DNA of 64,000 nt from Paraspadella gotoi (lineage: Eukaryota; Animalia; Chaetognatha), in contig CM119264.1 in the NCBI GenBank assembly GCA_051294375.1, positions 16,341,245-16,405,244 on the forward strand, in the 5' to 3' direction. A program made the position numbers and the translations under genes. The notes beneath the pieces were generated by a model. It did no database searches. It worked only from the letters and a program-made list of their open reading frames with translations, and had not been told where the DNA came from. Positions 52,892 through 64,000 of this stretch are shown here, one piece after another (the first letter of the stretch is position 1; every line of letters begins with the position of its first letter).

Positions 52892-54347
52892 CCAGTCTTT
52901 GGCGCTCATTTCCCTTCATACCCACCTTTTCTCTCTCTATCTCTCACTCTCTCTCTCATTCTCACGCTTGTTTGCAAACATTTGTGGGACCGTAATTGTT
53001 TCGCGCATCGTTCAAGACGGATATAAGTCAGTAAACACGTCGTTGGTTGAAAAGGAGAAAATGTTGAATGAAGGAGAGAATGAGGAATAAAGATGTTTAT
53101 GAGTTGAAGGAAAAAGGATTATGCAAACGTAAAGAGATCGTTCAAGATAAGGAAACTATCAATCAAAACTAAAAAAAAAAAAAATAAGAACGATATTTTG
53201 GATAAACCAAGGACAAAGTATGAAAATAACTGATACGAGTTTCAAACTCCTCACTTACCTATCGTTTGACAACCTGTTTTCAAAACGTCGGCTTTCGTTC
53301 CGTAAAATTTTCACTTTAGAAAAACAAAAATTGTCTTCTTATTCTCAAGGATTTTGACGAAGAGACTTGAGACGCCATCTATGACAATTCGTTTCTCGAA
53401 TTTTCGGCAAGGACGCATTTCCCTAGTATTCTACTTTTCTAACCGAGGAGAAGCCGCCGTAATTTTCCTCTTCGACGACTCCCCTCCTCCTCCTCCTCCT
53501 CCTCCTCCCTCCGCCCGGGTCAAAGGTTAACGGAGGAAACGTGGTTCAAGTCAAACCGCAACCCGCCGAGCGCGCTTTCTCGATGGCGTCGCAGGTTGCC
53601 GAGGAAAATGTCGCAAAGCGCAATCGAGGATTGTGGCAAACGCTCGGAATTCACTCGATGCAACTTTGCAAGTTTTTTTCCGTCGCTCTCGGCGAAAAAA
53701 AAAATGAGGCAGACAACCGCGTCTGGTGGGTGTGGCAATAACTGCCGAATGGCGGCGTTGAAGGGTTAACAACTTGCGGAAGCGACTCTTCGACTTTGGT
53801 TTCGCTTCTGGCGAAAAAAAAAGGGGGAAAAAAAAGGAAAAATATTTTTCAATTCTTTCCGCTCTTTGCAGATTTTTTTTTTTTTCGAAAAAATCTTTCC
53901 GGCCATTGAACGTGAAAGCGGACGGGAAATTGTGGAGTGAGAGAGGGAAGTACGAGGATCGCGTGCGCGGGCACGTCCACGCTACGTGCAATGAATGGAA
54001 AGGTTCTTTGGCTAGACCGAGATGATTTTCATATTCGGAACTGATAATCGACTCGGAGAGCGACTCGTGCGTGAACCAAGATGAGAAGCCACCAGATGCT
54101 GTCAGTTGGGCGAGCGGGATGAGATGAAGACGGGGACGAGACGAGAGGGTCTCTTCGATTGGCGACGCATCCCTGCCATCCCCGATCCCTCCGCCCATGG
54201 CGTTCCACCATCCCGACAAGTAAAAAAAAGCGTCTCGAAAGATAAATCAGAATTTTCTTCGCTTATTTATTCGCATATTCCGTCCGTCCCTTCAATCCGC
54301 CTGGGGTAGTTCGCTCTTCGTCCAGCGAGGCCCATATTGAAGATAGA

Positions 54348-54399
<52 letters not shown>

Positions 54400-54758
54400 C
54401 CATCTCCGAAGCTGGAAACAAAAAGACGCCGAAGGGGGAGAACGAGAGGCGGAACAGAAAGAAGAACAAAAAGAAGAACGAAACTTGGAACAATGGAAGA
54501 CGCAAGGGGACGCTTGAAGGGGGTAAAGGAAAGGGGTTGGGGCGAGATAGAGCCCTCCTAGACTCGAAAGGGGCGGAGTATAGGAGACAGGGCCGGGAAA
54601 ACATTGCGCCCGCAAAGACGACGGCCGAGCAATAATGAAAAATATTCATAGTTCCTCGGCTTCGATTGTTCTTTTTTTTTTTTTAAACAAAGTGCGGAAA
54701 AAAATGGACGGGTGGATTGAGCGAAAGAGTATAGGGAGAAAGAAAAAAAAACAGGAAT

Positions 54759-54759
<1 letters not shown>

Positions 54760-54825
<66 letters not shown>

Positions 54826-55271
54826 CATATGGCTCAGCAGACAAAAGGGCGCGCCGCTTTTTGGTATTTGCGTCTTTTCGGTTCCCAGCGACTGTTCTCG
54901 TTCTCACGCTCTCTCGATCCCTCGATAGCTCAAATCTCTCGATGTCACGATAGGAGGCGCTCATGTTAATGACTTCATCCATTTTGAGTTCAATTTCGCG
55001 CCGCGCATTAAAACAGACTCCCAAGGGGCGACGGCCGGATCGAGAAAAGGGGCGCCGGAGCCGACGACGCCGACGGGAAAACGAGTCGCCGGGCGAGAAG
55101 GGGTAAGCGTGGCGCGGGTGGCGCCGCATCGAACCGGGGAGGCGTGATCACGTGGCAGCGTGATCGTTTAATCACGCCGAGATGGAGCGGCGCGATGGAA
55201 GAGCTGCGTTGTTTTAGCGCCGTTGGTAGGGCTTCGACCGTAGAGATTTTTAGTCTTTGTATCACTACTCT

Positions 55272-55348
<77 letters not shown>

Positions 55349-55831
55349 TCTCTCTCTCTCTCTCTCTCTCCTCTCTCTGACCGGGGACGAACTAACGATT
55401 AAGGGAGCCGAGCAGCTCAAGACTTAGAAGGGGATAAGCGATTTTCTTCGTTACTGGCGTCGTCTTCCCTCTTTCCCTCCCTTTCTTCCCTCTCTCTCTT
55501 CGCAGTCTCTCTCTCACGTTACAGGAAGAGTTGAAAAGGAATGAAAGTCGCATTTGCAAATGAACGGAAGAAGAAAGAAAGGGGGGAGAGAACAACAGTG
55601 GACGGATGTTTTGAACCACTTAATTCGCAGAGGAGAAGGTCGTTCCTTTCGTCTCAAAGATTTTTTCCTTTTCTTATTCCGCCCTCCGTCCTCGACTCTA
55701 GACTGATTCTCTCATGGATTCTTATCTACTGCACACGAGCATCATTTTTTTTTCTTCTCAAAGCCGTCCAATGATATTTGCAGTGGGCTTCTCTTCTTTC
55801 TCTCTCTCTCTCTCTCTTCTCCTCTCTCTCT

Positions 55832-55865
<34 letters not shown>

Positions 55866-55965
55866 CGCCCCCCCCCACCGCTCCATTTATTACCCACCAA
55901 AAGTCGAAGGTTCCGTCTAACATAACTGGGGGATTCCTCGCGTTTTTTGATGAAGGAAGGAAGAT
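54760..55965. repeat. Segment of about 1.2 kb duplicated at 62855-64000
   Basis: gcgccatatggctcagcagacaaaagggc...cataactgggggat in both copies. Confidence 0.92.
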
Positions 55966-57108
55966 GAAGGAGAAGAGGTAGGGGAGGCAAGACAGGAGGA
56001 AAAGAGGGAGGAAGAGAGGGAAAGGCTCGCCCTCCGGGTTTGCGGTCTCTGCGCTTTTATGACAAGTCGAGATTTTGAGAGGCAAAGGTCACTCACAAAA
56101 GAAAAACCTCGCTTTCCTTCCATATTTGCCGCTTGTGGGGAACGCACGGTTTTGGGCCGGGAATTTCCGGTGGCACCCGAGAATTCACCGGTATTAATAC
56201 TATGATGGTTCGACTCACTGGCTAGTGGAATAAAAATCATCACTTATTTTGCTATCTAATCTATCTATCTATCAATCTATCTATCTCTAATCTTATCTAC
56301 TTCTATATCTCTACTAATTATCTATTCTCTATCTTATCGAGGATGAGAGAGAGATGAGAGGAGGAGAGAGGGAGGAGAGAGAGACGAGAGAGAGAGAGAT
56401 GGATGCGAGAGAGAGAGAGTTGTTTATCTGTGCCAACGCGCCGAGTGTGGCTTTTTATTTATGGGGCCTAAACTAAAGCGCCGAGGCAAAGAGTTATTAT
56501 CCCCGATTGAATTCTAATGAGGTTCACCATGCATTTTCTTGACTTCGCTCGCGGGCCTGGGCAGAGAGAAGAGAGAGAGAGGAGAGAGAGAGAGAGTAGA
56601 GAGCGAGGAGACGAGAGAGAGAGAGGAGAGAGAGAGAAGAGAGAGAGAAGAGATGAGAAAGTGAGAAGAAAGTTACACTTTTGTATTAAGTTTAGAAGCC
56701 TGTTTTCAATGCAGATGAATTGAGAAGTCTTTTTCGATGGGAGCCAGTCCGGGATCGCGAGAATCCATAAAATAGGCTAACAGCTGTTTGTTTCGTCCTT
56801 TAAAATTTGCTTATCTGTATCAACACATTAAAAAATACAAACAAACTATTCGTAGGAAGATTGTTTTTCTTCATTTTCAAATTGTAACTAATTTTAATTA
56901 GTTCTCAGATTTTAGGACTACATATTTTTAGAAAAATATAAAATATTAATTGACTACTTTTAATGAGAAATCGTTTTTCGCCGGGAGCCTCGGCTTCGGT
57001 TATCATGGTCTTAATTCTTATCGCACTTATGGGAACCGTAAATGAATCGCCCGTAAACGACCCGAGCGAATGGCTCTCCCTTTACAAGGGGCGAAAACAC
57101 ACCAACAA

Positions 57109-57281
57109 CCAGTGGCTGCGCCCAATACATGTAAATTCACTTTTAAGGGCTTAAACTGAAACAAGAGAGAGACAAATCCTTTTATTAGGAAGAAAAAGTA
57201 TAAAAGAAAACAAAAAAAAAGAAAAAAAAAGAAAAAAAGTACAATTTCAGGCGGCTTAAGTAATCACTAAAGTGATTTACA
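57109..57281. repeat. Dispersed repeat of about 200 bp (copy 2)
   Basis: Homologous to 20775-20990, with substitutions and indels. Confidence 0.75.
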
Positions 57282-57639
57282 AAAGTGTAAATGAAATCCG
57301 CTTTTATGTTAAAAAAAAAAAAAATATTTAAACAAAACATAAAAAAATACCTTGGCATACATTTTTTACTAAGAAAAACAAATTAAACGAGAATAAATAA
57401 AAAAAAAAATTTATAAGCCTTAAACAAGGGTCTTAAAAATAAGTCTTTCTTAAACTTTAATATTACTGTTTACAACGACGAATATTTTTGATGTTTTTTT
57501 TGATGTTTTTTAATATAAGCCTTCATCGACGCGAAAAAAATGATTGTGATCTATATATGAAATATTTTATAACATATGATTAATTAACTCAGTGAAAGAT
57601 CTGTCGTCCTGAGGAAAGAGATGGATCGTCATGACTGTC

Positions 57640-60600
57640 GGAGACAGATCGTCGCTACCATCACCGCCGCCACTTTATAGGATCAGCGTTTCGCCGCCGG
57701 TCTCCGGTCCTCCAAGTAGCCCTTGCCTTCCATTGGCGACCATCCTTGGAATGCGGGACGGAGGCTCCCCTATGGCCGACGCCCGGAAGAAGAAGGTGTC
57801 GTAAGCGGCCGTCAGATTTTCGCCGTCATTCGTTTCGATTTTCTCTCCACCTTTAAGGGAGTTTGGGTTGTTATTGTGCCGAATAGGGAGGACCTTTTGC
57901 GTTTGCAGTTATAACCAGGTCTACCGAAACAGATATTTTCTCTCCATTAAATTTAATCGAATACCACAAGGGCGCTATTTTACTTTCCTTGAAACACCCG
58001 GTCGGTTATTTTTCTATTCGCATCAGTTCTTTACATTTTTTCTTCCTTGTAGTTTCAAACCCCAGTAAAGTTTTGGTTTGTAGGTTATGGGTGGTTAGTT
58101 AGGTGGGTTAAGGGTGATTAATGGTAGTTAAGCGTTAGGGTAGTTAGGGTTAGGGGTGGTTTCTGGGTAACGGTTAAGGGTGGTTGGGGTGGTAATTAAT
58201 TATTCGAACAACCATTATTTTTCGCGGAATTAAATTACGTTTGTGCTCATAAGAAGCAGAAAAAAAATTACAGACTGGAGACATAAAATGGTACATTTAC
58301 CACTACAGAAAAGAATTGACTAGAATCATATAAAGTTATGTTTCTCAGCATTAATTAAGCAGGACAAAATTTTAACTGACACCTGTGGATTATTTTTTTA
58401 AAGGGAGGAGGAAGAAAAACTCATCCTGGACACCGTTTTATCAAAAAGTATTTATTTTCAATTGTGAAATTGGTGAAGGTGATTTAAATTACTTACCATC
58501 TTTTCCTTTTTCAAGCAAAATAAAAATTGTATATATTAAGCAAATGACAATGAAAACTCGCCATAGTAGAACGAGAAAAAAATATTCGAAGAAAATAGTT
58601 AAAATTTTATCAATTAGAGAAAAATAATAGGTAATTTAAAAAAGGGAAAAAAAATAAAAAATAAAACATGAAAATCGAAATACGACAAAAAAAGAGAAAG
58701 GGACGAAACAGGGAAGGGGATACTCCAGGTTCCAATTTCCCCAGCTAGAAAAGATAAACCTCGGTTTAGATAGAGTTTTAGAGTCATGATTCTGGTAGGA
58801 TTAGTGGTCTAGTAATAGTTTAGAATTGTCTATTATGATTACCATTTTCAGAAGTCTTCGAAGTACAAGTGAATACTTTCCATTTGGTATGAAGACCGCA
58901 ATCAATTTATAATCATTACTTAGTAACCTCGTTATGTAGCACTTTTGATGAAACTGTGTCGCTTTGACAGTTTCTCCACGGCAGGTCGATGGCTCCATTG
59001 CCTCCTTCTTCCGCATTGCCTTACAATACTTTTTGCTGGTCTCATACCATGGCTAAATCGGGACTACGTGTTCGAAAAGAAATTAAAAGTTTAACTTACC
59101 CATACTTTCAGTCAAATTTTAAAGCATCAATACAAAAATTTTAAAAAAATATCTATATTTTCGCTTTTATTTTTAATGAAGCTATCTTTAAGTGAAATAT
59201 AAAAGCAGTGTAGGGAACAAAAGAGAAAAGAAAACATATAAAAATATTCTTGCTTTTAAATCTTAAGCATTAGTTTTAAAATTTATTGCATATGAAATAA
59301 ATTATTAGTATCGTAAAGCTTAATTGTATTAAAAACAAATGATGTATAATTAATTATTATAATGAAAAATATAATTTTTTTAAAAACAGTTCTGAAAAAT
59401 GAGTAAAACATGGAAAAACCAAATTAGGAGAGAAAAAAGAAAAAAAAAAAAAAAGGGAATCTTTCAAGCCACGCCCTTCCTCTCATGAATTCATGCCTTA
59501 GTTGAGGAAATTCATATGTCCTCCGCTTGCCGACGAATTTCCACGTCAATTCCTTTCGGCTCCGGCTTCGGATGCCAGTGTTGACGACAGAACCAAAATC
59601 CTTCTGCGACCGTAACAGAATGAATCGCGACATCCACCAGATGGTCGCCGATGGAGATCCTTCGCAGGGCCCACTGCCGAGGAGATATTTGCGGGCGACC
59701 ACTTCACCATATTTTGTTGCTATTGTTAGACAAAAAGGGGTCATGAATCAAATGCTTATCGGTTATTGATGTACAAATTGTACAACCTGGTACTCACAAA
59801 CTGTGCGGGAAACGCTTCGCGACTATCCGTAGATGTTTTATTCCAGCATAGAGGCAAGCCTGTAATTTAAACATTCGAGAAAAAAGGGAGGGATAATAAT
59901 TTATTCTTTATTAAATTGCATTAGGCCACAGTAATAAATTGAAGAACCCCTCATCGACAAAGCAATACAAAAATGTATAATGTATAAAAAAATTGTATAT
60001 ACTATATTTATTCTTATGTTTTTTGCAATTGGCCTTATTTCGTTCTCAGTTTTTCCATAACCCTCATCAGTTTCACATTACCGCGGATGCCCTTTATTCT
60101 CACTATTGGTTCGGCTTCTCCACTCCCACTCCTCATCCTCAGTGCTCTCACTCTCACCAAATTGCTGCGCTTCGACGACATTCCGAGCGAAGACGCTTGT
60201 CGCCGCCGACGCCCGCAATATGTTGGCAGATGCGTTGTCATCTTTCGGGCATTTTGTTCGCAGGCCAAGCGACCAAGCGCATTCGGTGTCCAGCAGCACA
60301 TTATTCCTTACGGTTCGAGAAGAGAAAAACAAATTTTACGAACATACAAAGTTAGAAAACGTTATCTTTGTTGTTATTGTTTTTAAAGAATTGAAAAAAA
60401 GTGTTTGACCAAAAACTTCTACAAGTCTATGAAAATTGGTTTACAACCGACATTAAAAATTATCAATTCATTTAAATTAAATTAAGCTATCTTGCCTGAA
60501 TTTGGACAGGCTTTGGTTGTTAAGGCCTCCCATCACTCTTACAAGATTTCCAATTCCAAGACTCCCTAACGTCTTGTTTTATAATTTTTAATTTGAATTT

Positions 60601-62780
60601 CGCAATAATCGACCTCCAATTAAACGTTCATTTTGGCTCATACCTGTTCTAATTCCGAACCAGGGCTTCTCGTCCTCGGCGCTGACTCAGGATCTCCACC
60701 CCCTGTCGCGATAGTTCCGCGGCCTTCGGGCCCCGTTGTGCTCCCTCGCTGTGCAAAAGACGAGCTTGTGGTCTCCTCGCCGAAAGGATCCGGGGAACAT
60801 CGCCTACAGGAATAGAGAGCAAAGTCGAAGTCGCAACGGTCGGCGGTGAATAGAAGTCAACCAAGCGTAGTTCCACGGAGGGACCTTAAGAGTTGTAGAA
60901 AACACGTTGCGTTGTTGTGATGTTGTGTTTGTTGATTATTTCGATCTTATTTGTTTACAAAAGCTCGACCCTCTTCTTATCTTCTTCCCGGTATTTGAAA
61001 TACAAATACTGCGGGGTTAATACAGCAGTACTATTTCATCGAGTTCGTTTGTATGTAGTAATTGCAATCCTTCTTACCTCCGACAACGTTACTTCGGGAA
61101 TGAAGTTCGGCATTTTTTTACATTGTTTTTGTTTTCTTTTATTTTTTTTTTTTCTCATTTTTTTTCTTTTTTTTTTTTTTTTAGTTTTTTCAGCCGCAGA
61201 ATCCCGTAATCGTCAACAAAGACGTACAGACATGATTAGTCCCTTTTGGACATTCAAGGACCTCTGGTATTTCGACATAGCGCATGTAGTATGCGGGGGG
61301 ATGAGCCGGCCATGCTGCATGCTCGCGCATCTGCCATCTTGAAGGCTGGGGATTTTGGTTTAAAATTTGGTAAAAAAAATAGTAATTTAGAAAGAAAAAG
61401 CGTCAAATTTATGAGGAAAAAAAATTTTAATTTACTTCTAATTTTTTTTTATTTTTTTAACAAAAAAAAAGTGCCACCAAAGCCAAGGACTTTAAAAAAA
61501 AAATAACAATACAGCTTCGACAAAGTTTGAAATTAAATAAACGCAATGGACGGCTGCAGTAATTTCGTCGGAGATTTCGGGAAAGAGAAATACGTAGAAC
61601 AACATATTTTATTATTGTAAGATTTACCGACCTGATTTAAAACCCATAAAAATGAAAACCAAAATTAAAAAAAAGTTGAGGGAAATACTTTTTCGTGTTA
61701 ATAAGGCTCTACTAGTCGCCCAAAAGACTAATAAATAGTAATTTTTGATCGAGTATAATTAGAATTTTCGGAGAATTATAGCCGAACAAGGAGTTGGAAA
61801 GAACGTCCAGATATATATGCTTCGATTTTTTTCTTGCTCTCCGCTAAAATTTTTAGGCGAGTAAAAAACGGAAGATTCTTGAGTACAAAGGTTAATAATA
61901 AAATTTTTTAGTCTTTTGACTATTAACTCCGTAGCAACAAACTAAGTTCTCGGGTTCGAAGTTCTATTTAAAATTATAAAAACCCATTTTTTCACAATCT
62001 CTCTCTTGTCTGTTTTGAATCTTTGTATCTCTCTTTTTCAGAGCTCGCGGCAGAGCTTTTAACTGACAAAACCATATCGTAATGAAAATAAAAGAAGTAC
62101 TTCTTAATAACTCGATATTGTATTAGAATAAAAAACAATATCAGATTAAGTATAAACCGATTTTATATGTAAACATGCGGTTTATGCATTTCGTTCTAAA
62201 TCCAAGAAATTTCCTCAGCCCAAACCAACCCAACACCGACTTCGCTTCAGGCCAAAAATCTCGTTCGTCTTCGCTGCCCAGCAAATGGTCGGCGGTGAGG
62301 GGCCGCCGCTGCCATAAAGGCGCTCCACGTCCTGCCGGAGGGCCTTCCGATCCTCCAAATTAGCCCTTTCCCGTTCGAGCGCCACCTGGAAACGGGATGC
62401 GGATTGGCCAGTCGAGCGATCCGCCGACCAGCCGTGCGGCAAAGTGTCGTATAAGAGGCCGTTTGGCAAGACCCCCGTTCATGCGCTGAAGTTGGTGCCT
62501 GATTGGAGATTTGGCAGGCATTGGGCCAAAGAGAAAAAGATTTAGAGAGAAAGAGAAACTTTATTCATAAATATAAAGTCAAGTCAACTTTTCCAACTCG
62601 AGGTCGCGACCCTTTTCTTCACGCTTACCTTATCCCGAGTTTCATAGCACTTCAGTGGAAGTTCGTTCGCTTTCCTCAGCTTACTCGACTGCGTCGTTTT
62701 GATGGCGTCGATGGCCGCCGTCGCTTTTCTCATTCGTTTCTTCAGTAGAGGAAGCTCACGTGCCCGCACGCTTTCCATCC
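57640..62780 (-). pseudogene. Degraded or error-ridden multi-exon gene candidate, possibly transposon-derived, with a PHD-like Cys/His remnant
   Basis: GC-rich blocks in AT-rich DNA, several with a splice-like acceptor and/or donor, at about 62628-62780, 62215-62497, 60644-60884, 60050-60307, 59798-59860, 59470-59719, 58900-59063 and 57640-57851. Frames are interrupted. Confidence 0.35.
58080..58195. repeat. Degenerate GGTTA/TTAGGG-like G-rich tract
   Basis: gttagggtagttagggttagggg and neighbouring ggtta units. Confidence 0.5.
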
Positions 62781-62854
62781 GAACGACCGAAACCGGTTGT
62801 TTTGGGGTTTAGGGTGACAGTTCACTCCANNNNNNNNNNNNNNNNNNNNNNNNN

Positions 62855-64000
<1,146 letters not shown>

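Noticed and set aside
53551-54219. 222-aa minus-strand ORF
   Set aside because: No recognisable domain, it runs through A/T homopolymers, and there is no convincing splice context.

Overview
Eukaryotic (probably invertebrate) draft-genome window rich in (AG)n/(CT)n, (GAC)n and (GAAG)n microsatellites, N gaps and noisy duplicated segments. The one confidently identifiable gene is a 13-exon PGM2/PGM2L1-family alpha-D-phosphohexomutase on the minus strand (about 29534 to 19749). It looks structurally intact but is strongly modified. The catalytic loop TASHNP reads GASRNP, the phosphate loop RxSGTEP reads RAACGES, and FGTAGLR reads FGPGGIR. It also carries a roughly 95-aa His/Cys/Asp-rich N-terminal extension and two acidic insertions, which makes it a candidate pseudoenzyme or neofunctionalised paralog. 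Its exons 1-8 are tandemly duplicated, and its 5' end lies in a palindrome of about 9.8 kb (28.4-38.2 kb). Most large duplications differ mainly by indels, and several abut 25-N gaps, so they are probably long-read gap-filling or haplotype artefacts. Other items are a 3-kb long-TIR element, a MITE-like element, an 81-bp minisatellite, a 42-bp repeat with pentapeptide-repeat-like coding potential, and low-confidence degraded spliced genes at 30-32 kb and 57.6-62.8 kb. No rRNA, tRNA or CRISPR array is supported. All family comparisons were made by eye from recalled sequences, not by database search.
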